Origin: Nitrosopumilaceae archaeon
Lineage (GTDB): Archaea > Thermoproteota > Nitrososphaeria > Nitrososphaerales > Nitrosopumilaceae
Reading direction: 5' to 3'
DNA: 64,000 bases
Assembly (NCBI GenBank): GCA_965208905.1
Contig: OZ242365.1
Coordinates: forward strand, 1,376,001 to 1,440,000
The position numbers were made by a program, and so were the translations under genes. Below are positions 29,835 through 43,134 of this stretch, piece by piece. The notes beneath the pieces are model-generated. The model saw nothing but the letters and a program-made list of their open reading frames with translations. It ran no database searches and was not told the DNA's origin. The first letter of the stretch is position 1. Each line of letters starts with the position of its first letter.

Positions 29835-31204
29835 GGAGTTGTCAAATCTTAGAGGGATATGACAGCCTGCCGTACGGCAGATGTTGGCGAGTTGCCATCC
29901 AGAGGAGATTCCATGAGATGTTCCTTGTTGGTCAGGCTTTGATGCCCGTCCTTTGGACAGCCTGTACCGGCCATCACGTCACCAACGACACTGGGTATTG
30001 TGAGTGTCGCGAGATGTATCTTCCCTCTCAAGACCATTCCGGCCTTGTTGTACAGTGCGTAAACGGCCTGCGCCCGCTTGCTCCACTGTATGGTACGAAA
30101 AGTGAAAAGGATGTTGAATGCCGCGTTTACATCAGCGTGCATCAGAACGCCGCACTCATGGCACCTGAACCGGCTGCCGTCGCGCCACGTGTTTGTTCTG
30201 CCGCATACACAGCACTGCTGCGATGTGTATTTCGGGTCAATCTCGGCATATTCGGTGTTGTGCTTGAGTGACTGCTGCGCCATGTGGGACCGCGCCTCAC
30301 CGCACTTGGACTGCCGCATCAGACGGTTCTTGTTCTTCTGGCCTGGGCCCTTGGTCGTCATGGTACGGAGGTTCATCCCCTCCATGATGATTTTGTCGCA
30401 TTGCGCGAACAGTTTTTTGGCGAACTTGCGCAGCTTGTCTGTTTGCCGGTTTCCCATCTTGCGGTATATGCTTTGCAGCTGCGCGTGCAGTGTACACCAC
30501 TTGTGGGAGTGAAGTTTGCAATGAGACATCTTCTTTTGAATACGCGCGATGTTTCGTATAGTGTCCTTCTCGCGCAACATCAGCATCTCAATTCTGCCGT
30601 CCGATTTTGCCACCACAAGCGTGTGCTTGCCGCCCATGTCAATTCCCGCATGTACGCCGGTACATACACGGTCCGGGACATGTTCACGTATAGTAACATG
30701 CAGCTCAAACTGTCTTTCCCTGTCCGCATTATTCGTCACATCCACAATTTTGTACGACTGTGATGTGTCGGGCAGGCGTCCTTTCTGGAGTTTGAAGGGC
30801 GCGCCACACTTTGGGAAATACACTGTATTACCCTTGGACTTTTTGCCAAGCGGCATATTACTATACAGTGGGTAAACCTTCTTGCCATACTTTACGTGAG
30901 TGCACCCCTCCATCTTGTGGCCTTCCTTGATGGCTCCGTGAACCCAAGACTGTGGTATGCCCTGGCATATGGTGGCTATTTTGTTGGTGTCAAACACCGA
31001 CAGACCGGCACGGCGCGCCTTTATCCCCGCATTGAGCCACACATGACTCTCCGAATACATAGAGTCAAAGTATCTGGTCAGCTTGGCGGATGTCTTTAAA
31101 CGGTATTGGACAGTCTTTATAATGTACTTTCAATTATCATACTTCATATGTAGTTTACAACTCGGTGCTATTTAAGCGGTATCCCCCTAAGATTTGACAG
31201 TGTC
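29835..31204 (-). mobile_element. TIR-bounded tnpB-only element, copy 2 (1370 bp)
   Basis: Same length and TIRs as copy 1; flanks CTTG--CA (29829-29834) and CTTGTACA (31205-31212) fit an eroded 8-bp TSD. Confidence 0.9.
29849..31147 (-). CDS. tnpB: TnpB, copy 2 (TGA at codon 6, 31130-31132; remainder open)
   Basis: RuvC D/E/D intact, CCVC...CHEC zinc finger intact; MKYDN*KYIIKTVQYRL vs MKYNGGKYVIKTVQYRL in copy 1. Confidence 0.9.
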
Positions 31205-31276
31205 CTTGTACAATACAAAGAGGAACCGTACATCACAATTTTCATATACTGCAGATATGATGTATAATATATTATC

Positions 31277-31408
31277 ATGAAAGCGCGCTATAACACAAAA
31301 TGTCCTGCATGTGATGATTTAATCCGTGTTGGTCGTGAAATAGTCAAGGATTCACAGGATAGGTGGGTGCACAAACACTGCGCAGATGACACCGAAGATC
31401 TACCCTGA
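31277..31408 (+). CDS. Small Zn-binding protein, 43 aa (below ORF-track cutoff)
   Basis: MKARYNTKCPACDDLIRVGREIVKDSQDRWVHKHCADDTEDLP*: CxxC...HxxC. Confidence 0.7.
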   Translation: MKARYNTKCPACDDLIRVGREIVKDSQDRWVHKHCADDTEDLP

Positions 31409-31449
31409 TGTAAAATGAGATTTAATTATATGAATTAATCATACATGAT

Positions 31450-31824
31450 ATGAAAGATTCAGAGACCTTTGGAGTGGAGCGTGGTTGGGGAAAGAAGGCA
31501 GTATCTTGGCTTAATGAGCAGTCTGGTGACCGCCTTGAGGCTAGACTATATGGAGAAGTTATATCCACTACAAACTTTGGTGACTTTGAGATGTTCTCGT
31601 GGGTGGGTGATGTACAGGTCGCCCGTAAACTCATACAGAAGGCCAGTAAACGGTTTCGCATAAAGGTGATTGAAGGTGGCTACAAAACAAAAGAGCGCAC
31701 ATATGGTCTTGAAAAGTCAGACTATGCCATGGTACGCCGGGGTGATCGCCTAATAGGCAGCCTGCATTTTACGGCTCCCCACATAGGGGGATTTTGGAAG
31801 TTAAAGGCTGAGGCGCGGCGATGA
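31450..31824 (+). CDS. Hypothetical protein
   Basis: 124-aa ORF, ATGA overlap with the next gene. Confidence 0.75.
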   Translation: MKDSETFGVERGWGKKAVSWLNEQSGDRLEARLYGEVISTTNFGDFEMFSWVGDVQVARKLIQKASKRFRIKVIEGGYKTKERTYGLEKSDYAMVRRGDRLIGSLHFTAPHIGGFWKLKAEARR

Positions 31825-32708
31825 TCAAATCTGTAGGTGTAGTGGGCACTGGTATGTTGGGGGCTGCCATTGCACGACGTTTGGCACAGGCCGGCCACAA
31901 AGTCTTTGTATATAATAGAACATCCCAAAAGGCGTTAGACCTTACTTCTTGCGGCTGTGTATATGCATCTAGCCCAAAAGAGGTTGTCCAGCTATCGGAT
32001 CTTGTAATTACAGTAGTACGAGATGGCTCTGCAGTACTGGATGTATCCTTTGGCAAGGATGGTATAATACATGGGTGTGAGACTGCCCCCGTAATAGCCG
32101 ACATGAGCACCATATCTCCCATGGACTCTGTAAAGATAAACAAAAGGTTTGAGGAGCACAACATTGTATGGTTGGGTACGCCGGTCATGGGGGGTCCGGA
32201 TGCGGCTGCTGATGGCCGCCTCGTACTAATAGCGGATGGCGATAAAGCATCATTTGATGGCATCCGAGACGTATTTGATGTGTTATGTAACAAGATACAC
32301 TATGTGGGCAAGTCGGGTACGGCCCATGCAGTAAAACTCTGTATGAATATGCAGATAGCCTCACTGGCAGTATCACTCTCTGAAGGGATAACTCTGGCGC
32401 GTATAATGAATGTCCCACCAGAGACATTCTTGGATGTATTGAATTCTACATATTTTGGTACAGGTATGAGTAGAAACAAAGCGTTTAAAATGATAAACTC
32501 GCAGTACAATGCCACGTTTACATTAGAAAACCTCACCAAAGACTTGAACATAATATGTGATACTGCCAAACCATCTGATGTGTACTTGGAGATGTCACAA
32601 ACAATTCTAAGCATGTATACTCGGGCACTGTCTGAGGGCATGGGTGATTTGGACTATACGGGAATACTGGAGTTTGTGCGACAAAATACGAAATCTGATA
32701 ATAGCTAA
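31821..32708 (+). CDS. NAD(P)-dependent oxidoreductase, 3-hydroxyisobutyrate dehydrogenase family
   Basis: GTGMLG, YNRT, DMSTISP, PVMGG, VKLCMN. Confidence 0.9.
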   Translation: MIKSVGVVGTGMLGAAIARRLAQAGHKVFVYNRTSQKALDLTSCGCVYASSPKEVVQLSDLVITVVRDGSAVLDVSFGKDGIIHGCETAPVIADMSTISPMDSVKINKRFEEHNIVWLGTPVMGGPDAAADGRLVLIADGDKASFDGIRDVFDVLCNKIHYVGKSGTAHAVKLCMNMQIASLAVSLSEGITLARIMNVPPETFLDVLNSTYFGTGMSRNKAFKMINSQYNATFTLENLTKDLNIICDTAKPSDVYLEMSQTILSMYTRALSEGMGDLDYTGILEFVRQNTKSDNS

Positions 32709-33011
32709 ATGTATGATCAACTATCATACAAGTCATATCGACATGACTATCTACTAGTATATTGTATAACCTATCAGAGTAGACTATACTATACATCCAA
32801 GGTTGTATATCGTGGCATATCATTTTTTGGCAATATGTCATATGTCAAAAGACACACGCCCATCATCTTGGAGTATAATTACAATACAGTTGAAGCCTGT
32901 TAATTGTGCAGACTGACTTTTTGTACGACTAATCGGCCTTTAGTTGCTGCACAGAAACATTAGGCAACACGGTGAGATCTTTTAAAAAGCCCCATATTGT
33001 ATAATGCCATA

Positions 33012-33767
33012 ATGAGAGACAAAATTTGCCTAGTGACTGGAGCTTCAAGTGATATAGGTGAAGGTATAGTCCAACGCTTCGTTGAGGAGGGTGCCATTGT
33101 TATACTCTTGTCTAGAAGTCTGTCCGCCATGGAAGATGTGAGAAAACGTGTAGGATCCATGGATCGTACAGTGTCAATGGTGTGTGATATAACCAACACC
33201 TCTCAAGTACTACATGCAGTGGATCGTATAGTTGCCGAATATGGCCGAATCGATGTTCTTGTAAACAATGCAGGAATAATAACATCCTCCACACACTTTC
33301 ATCGGATGCCCCAGTCTGATATAGATAATCTGATAAACATCAACCTGCAAGGCATGTTCAGCGTGACCCGGGCAGTGTTGCGAAGCATGACGGATATAAA
33401 TCAAGGCAGCATTGTAAATATAGGCTCCATATCCTCTGAGCGAGCCATACCAAAGGTACACCTGGCAGTATACTCATCAACAAAGGCAGCACTATCGATG
33501 TTCACAAAATCCATAGCAGTAGAGTATGCTCGACGTAACATACGGTGTAACTGCGTCAACCCTGGCATAATAAACTCGGGAATGATAAAGCCCTATCTAG
33601 ATGATCCTGAAGCAAGAAAAGTTTTAGAAGCACGTCTTCCCATGGGACGCATAGGCGAGCCACGAGATGTGGCCAACGCAGTACTCTTCTTTGCATCTGA
33701 TGAGTCTTCGTGGGTGACTGGTACCACACTGAATGTTGATGGTGGCAGATCTGCATCCGAGGGTTAG
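33012..33767 (+). CDS. Short-chain dehydrogenase/reductase (FabG-like)
   Basis: TGASSDIG, NNAG, YSSTK, VDGG. Confidence 0.92.
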   Translation: MRDKICLVTGASSDIGEGIVQRFVEEGAIVILLSRSLSAMEDVRKRVGSMDRTVSMVCDITNTSQVLHAVDRIVAEYGRIDVLVNNAGIITSSTHFHRMPQSDIDNLININLQGMFSVTRAVLRSMTDINQGSIVNIGSISSERAIPKVHLAVYSSTKAALSMFTKSIAVEYARRNIRCNCVNPGIINSGMIKPYLDDPEARKVLEARLPMGRIGEPRDVANAVLFFASDESSWVTGTTLNVDGGRSASEG

Positions 33768-33900
33768 TCTGTCTGCCTTTTGTTCCATCGAATATATGAA
33801 AATGCCGCAACCAGGGTAATCCCCGCAGTTATGCCGCCCCATATGATCAACCGTATCGCATCAACATCTGCCATCAGATGATAGAATACAAGACATCAAT

Positions 33901-34212
33901 TTAGCCATAATCCAAGTATCTTTTGTATCGTTTCTCAATCTCTCTGTTATATCCAGATGTAATATCTTCTACCTCTTGCTTCATCCTGTGCCGTATGTAT
34001 TTTTTGATTGGTGTAAACTCATCAGAGTCCGGAAATGTCTCCAATGCGTTGCAAGCAGCCTGAAAGTGTTCTACAACCTTGGCCCGGAACTCTTCTTTGG
34101 AAGGCTCTCTATTTCCGCCTAATCGGAACCACACAGTAGCAAAACTTGCTCCTGCTATGTGCGGTAGCTGGTCCATAGCCCGTACTATCTCGAATCTTTC
34201 ATCATCCCTCAA
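33901..34212 (-). CDS. Hypothetical protein
   Basis: 103-aa ORF overlapping the hemB stop. Confidence 0.75.
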   Translation of the reverse strand: MRDDERFEIVRAMDQLPHIAGASFATVWFRLGGNREPSKEEFRAKVVEHFQAACNALETFPDSDEFTPIKKYIRHRMKQEVEDITSGYNREIEKRYKRYLDYG

Positions 34213-35177
34213 CGCAACAACCTGGACACTTCACGAGCAAAGTATGTTACAATGATATCTGCACCCGCCCTCTTTATGGACCCGAGCATCTCTAGCATGA
34301 CTGCATCCTTATTTATCAGTCCTTGCGCATCGGCCGCATGTACTAGAGCATACTCGCCAGACACATTATACGCAGCTACGGGTACATCAAAGCGCCTACG
34401 GGTCTCTGCCACCAAGTCTAGGTATGGAATTGCGGGTTTTATCATGATTATATCGGCACCCTCGGTGATATCTGCTGCCACCTCCATCATGGCCTGACGA
34501 GAGTTTGCGTACGACATCTGATATCCACTACGATCCCCACATTTAGGGGCGCAACTGGCCGCATCTCTGAACGGAGTGTATAGTGATGAGTGATGTTTGG
34601 CAGCATGAGCCAATATCGCCACGTCCGTATACCCTTCATAATCTAGGCGCGTTCTTATGGCAGCAACTTGACCATCCATCATTGCCGATGGCGCCACTAT
34701 ATCCACACCTACCTTGGCATAACTAGCAGCAATCTCTGCCAGATATCGTATTGTCGCATCATTGTCTACTGCACCTTTACGATATATCCCACAGTGACCT
34801 GTATCTGTATACTGACACATGCAGACATCTGCCATTATCACCATGTCAGGAGTTGATCTTCGTGTCTCTCGTATGGCGTTTTGTACCACACCATCTTTGT
34901 CATAAGCCGAACTACCAAGACTATCTTTTGTCTTTGGTACTCCAAACAACATTACTGCAGATATTCCATCGGCCTGTATCTTTTTCATCTCCTCCTGTAC
35001 CATACTAGGCGGTATTCTCTGTATGCCAGGCATGGACTGTATTGTTTGAGGCTCAGTTAATCCCTCCCCGACAAATATGGGATACACTAAATCATCCAGA
35101 CTTAGATGACTCTCTTGTACTAGTCTGCGCATACCATCGGACTTTCGCAGTCGGCGCAGACGTTGCTTTGGAAACAT
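34209..35177 (-). CDS. hemB: Porphobilinogen synthase
   Basis: RLRRLR, DVCMCQYTDTGHCG, APSAMMDG, MIKPA, AYNVSGEY. Confidence 0.97.
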   Translation of the reverse strand: MFPKQRLRRLRKSDGMRRLVQESHLSLDDLVYPIFVGEGLTEPQTIQSMPGIQRIPPSMVQEEMKKIQADGISAVMLFGVPKTKDSLGSSAYDKDGVVQNAIRETRRSTPDMVIMADVCMCQYTDTGHCGIYRKGAVDNDATIRYLAEIAASYAKVGVDIVAPSAMMDGQVAAIRTRLDYEGYTDVAILAHAAKHHSSLYTPFRDAASCAPKCGDRSGYQMSYANSRQAMMEVAADITEGADIIMIKPAIPYLDLVAETRRRFDVPVAAYNVSGEYALVHAADAQGLINKDAVMLEMLGSIKRAGADIIVTYFAREVSRLLR

Positions 35178-35544
35178 AGTGTATACTGTTGTATAACCAA
35201 AATATATTTTGTGTATATTATTATACGAAAAAGGATTCAGTTATACACTCCATGTAATGCTGTAGCACATGTCGCATGTAAGATGGTTGATACTCAGCGT
35301 ATGATGTGATGGAACCTGCAGATGTACATTTGTGGTGTATCTTTATCGATATAACTCTTCAAAGACCGAACATTATATCAATAAATAGACAAACCCTTAC
35401 AGTGCGGCATCTAGGATATTATACATATATCTACTTGATACAGTTCCTCAAAAACAACGACAATTATTTATATTCAACATAAGTTCATAACCACCATGTG
35501 CCGAGTATTGTATACTAACTGCTTGACATTTACAACGAGGTAAC

Positions 35545-37014
35545 ATGATGAGTGACACTCAAAAGCCAATATTGACCCGTCCGACATTAGCATCCATGAT
35601 CTTCTCCATAAATACAAATAATAATATCATAAAATGTAACCACAAATTCGCCCACGCGCTCGGTTATGACCGAAGTGAGGCCATTGGCATGTCTGTATTC
35701 ACCTGCATACCTAAGGCTGAACATAGTGTGCTTGATGACATACTGGTACGTTGCGCATCAAACAAAACTGTACAAGGTCGCAAACTTACACTATTAGCTC
35801 GGGACGGACAGACATTTGAGGCGATGATGACCACGATGGAGGCCACTTACTCGGACGGCTCTCCAAAGCGGTATAATATTACACTACTAAACTATAAAGA
35901 ACTCCAGAATATGCAGGAGAAAGTCAAGATCAGCAAGTATAAGAGCTTATACGAGGACTCGCCTGACATGTACAGAACAGTAAACATAGATGGAACTATT
36001 ATAGACTGCAACAGGGCATATGCCGAGAAGCTGGGTTACACCAAAGATGAGGTAATTGGACACAAACTAGAAGAGCACACGGCCGAATATAATGTCACTA
36101 CAATGCTCAACAACATGTCCGACTGGCGCAAGGATGGCCTATGTAACCCCACTAAAATACACATGAAAAAGAAAGATAACAGTGAATTTCTAGCCCTGGT
36201 CTCTCCTACCAACCTGTATGATTATGACGGTGCGCTTCTGGGGCGAAACGTAGTCATTCAAGACATGAGTGAGCTAGAGAAGCAGAAGAATATACTCCAT
36301 GAGACGAAACTGGTGGAGCAGATGAAGGATGAATTTTTAGTCAACATGAACCACCAACTCAAAACTCATCTAACTCCCATCATTGGTTTTTCACAGGCCC
36401 TGACAAATCAAAACCTACTGGGAACACTGAACGAGAAACAGTTGGATATCGTACAAAATATACTGAACAATGCAGTAAATCTACGTCAACTACTGACAGA
36501 TATGATACAAAGAAAAGATGTGGAGCTCGAAGAGATGGCTATTACACGTGAGAAGTTTGCTGTATCTGATATGATTCAAGAGATAAAATCAAAAGTGGAG
36601 AGTGCCGCCGAAAAAAAGTCATTAAAAGTCATATTTGATGTACAGTTCAAAGATGAAGTGGTGGGAGACAAAACTCATACCTATAAAATACTAATCAATT
36701 TGATATATTGTGTAATCGACTTTACACGTCAAAATGCCGGCCAGATATACATTACAATCTCCCGTAAAGATGGATTGTTAGAGTTTAAAATAACAAGTAA
36801 TAATGTACACATGTACAAGACAGAAGATTCCGACGATCTGCTGAATAAATTCAACCAATTATACATAAGCATGCCTCACTCCTCCAACGAGAGTGACCTG
36901 AGTTTGCTTACCTGCAAAAGTATGGCTGAACATCTAGGTGGAACTTTGGGCATACACAATGTTGATGCCAATCATACAATGTTCTACTTTACTGTACACG
37001 TACAGAGTACTTAA
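35545..37014 (+). CDS. PAS-PAS sensor histidine kinase-like protein with degenerate ATPase domain
   Basis: Two PAS domains (CNxxFA..LGY..xE.IG), H-box NMNHQLKTHLTPIIGF, eroded N/G1/G2 boxes. Confidence 0.85.
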   Translation: MMSDTQKPILTRPTLASMIFSINTNNNIIKCNHKFAHALGYDRSEAIGMSVFTCIPKAEHSVLDDILVRCASNKTVQGRKLTLLARDGQTFEAMMTTMEATYSDGSPKRYNITLLNYKELQNMQEKVKISKYKSLYEDSPDMYRTVNIDGTIIDCNRAYAEKLGYTKDEVIGHKLEEHTAEYNVTTMLNNMSDWRKDGLCNPTKIHMKKKDNSEFLALVSPTNLYDYDGALLGRNVVIQDMSELEKQKNILHETKLVEQMKDEFLVNMNHQLKTHLTPIIGFSQALTNQNLLGTLNEKQLDIVQNILNNAVNLRQLLTDMIQRKDVELEEMAITREKFAVSDMIQEIKSKVESAAEKKSLKVIFDVQFKDEVVGDKTHTYKILINLIYCVIDFTRQNAGQIYITISRKDGLLEFKITSNNVHMYKTEDSDDLLNKFNQLYISMPHSSNESDLSLLTCKSMAEHLGGTLGIHNVDANHTMFYFTVHVQST

Positions 37015-37121
37015 TGAAATAATATAAAATGGTCGTGCATGCACATGCGCAGTCTATACACTATGGTACAATCATAAAAAAATGATCAGTCGCGCATGGT
37101 CTCTATGTGTGTGGCTGAACC

Positions 37122-40085
<2,964 letters not shown>

Positions 40086-40236
40086 GCATTATTCAGCCAC
40101 ATATTACACGACCATGCACGACGATCATCGCAACTACCCCGGCTAGGGGGCCGCTACGTCCTTCATACGTCACTTTCATGACGTACTGCATCCTATTTGA
40201 TATGAAGATTGTGTGCATCCGTCATTTCCGAGTCTA

Positions 40237-41707
<1,471 letters not shown>

Positions 41708-41904
41708 CATTATTTTTATAGTAGCATACTACTGTATGGTTTGGAATTGACGGATGCACATTCAATCTTTCACATCTCAGACCAAACCGTTAGATTAGGT
41801 CCTCACTTTGTCAGCGAAACTGGAGGTCCACAAATCATCAAATGGCATTTTGCCACACTTCATAGTGGACGCCGCTCTTGCGTTTCGTAAAAGAGAGTCG
41901 GAGT

Positions 41905-41930
41905 TAAAATGAATATAAACCATGCGAAAT
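41905..41930 (-). promoter_or_regulatory. Probable rRNA operon promoter (TATA box)
   Basis: TTTATATT on the minus strand upstream of the 16S leader. Confidence 0.45.
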
Positions 41931-42125
41931 TAGGTTTCTGTGTAAGAATGCGCTCAAAGACATCTTTGGGAGTGTGCGGTATCTTTTGTATTACATATGT
42001 TGAATGAACTCTTGCAAGTATGTGTATACTCTGGAAGATATGTGTCAGTCAGATTAAATCTCACTATTACAAAAGAAGCTATCGACCAGATGTATCACTA
42101 TGAATCTATAAAGTCAGGCGTTAGT

Positions 42126-42959
42126 CTACATGATGCCGTCCCAGAATAATTTGAGTGATGCGCCCACCAGAGTTATCACTGCCAGTACTCGGAGGTATTG
42201 CTCGCCCACCACCAATGAAAGTTTGGCGCCCACCATCCCACCAAATAAACCTCCGGCCGAGAGAATCAACGCCAGTACTGCATCTGAGTTGCCCAATGTT
42301 CCATGAGTGGCCATTCCGACAATCGAGGCCAATAAGATGGCAAACATAGAAGTGGATGCTGCGCGCATTATGCTCATACCGGCCAGTATAATTAAGACAG
42401 GCACAAAGATGACGCCTCCACCGATACCAAAGAATGAGGATACCACACCAGCAAAAAAACTGGCAGTCGCTGGGAGTATCAACACTGTAATGGTGTTGCG
42501 GGGTGGGTGGCTGCTCAAGCGGGGTTTTATAAAAATATAGATACTTGCCAACAGAAGCGTGATCCCTAAAAGTATGCTGAATAGCGTAACATCTGCATTT
42601 GTGGATACTACCGCGCCCAGAACACTACCGGGTGTAGATATGATGCCCAACCTCAGAGCCTGTTTATACTCTATACGTCCTTGTTTTGCATACATAATAG
42701 ACGAAGTAGCGGCATTTGACAATGTAGCAGCAAGGCTGCTGGATGCGGCTACTGGCGGTGGCAGTCCCATGAGAATCAGTACTGGAGTTATGATAAGACC
42801 ACCACCCAAACCCACCATTGATCCTAACAGCGTAGCACCAATCGACAACAACAAAAAGAGTATGCCGACCCACACATCAGGTACTGTCGGCGATGCACCA
42901 ACAAAAATGGCCAGCATAATCAATGCCATGGAGGCAGAGACAATAATCCAAAATATCAT
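42126..42959 (-). CDS. Sulfite exporter TauE/SafE family membrane protein
   Basis: Duplicated GLGGG / GIGGG..VP motifs, multiple TM helices. Confidence 0.9.
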   Translation of the reverse strand: MIFWIIVSASMALIMLAIFVGASPTVPDVWVGILFLLLSIGATLLGSMVGLGGGLIITPVLILMGLPPPVAASSSLAATLSNAATSSIMYAKQGRIEYKQALRLGIISTPGSVLGAVVSTNADVTLFSILLGITLLLASIYIFIKPRLSSHPPRNTITVLILPATASFFAGVVSSFFGIGGGVIFVPVLIILAGMSIMRAASTSMFAILLASIVGMATHGTLGNSDAVLALILSAGGLFGGMVGAKLSLVVGEQYLRVLAVITLVGASLKLFWDGIM

Positions 42960-43134
42960 AATATGTTACTCACCACAACACTCTGTCTAATTGTAAGCTG
43001 ACACTCTACACGAACCATCATACTACACACATACGAAATTCAATTAAAACTTCCCAATCTTTTTATCACCCTTATGCAGCACCTGCCATTCAATTAGGAA
43101 ACAAGCCAGCTGGGTGGCCGGCGACATGCAGTTG

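Larger units (their letters stand above)
29600..31245 (-). pseudogene. 89-aa hypothetical gene split by tnpB element copy 2
   Basis: Joining 31245-31205 to 29828-29600 gives in-frame MKIVMYGSSLYCTRQCNIFKEQGLYQNMSREQVVQKF...ADCADH*. Confidence 0.75.
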
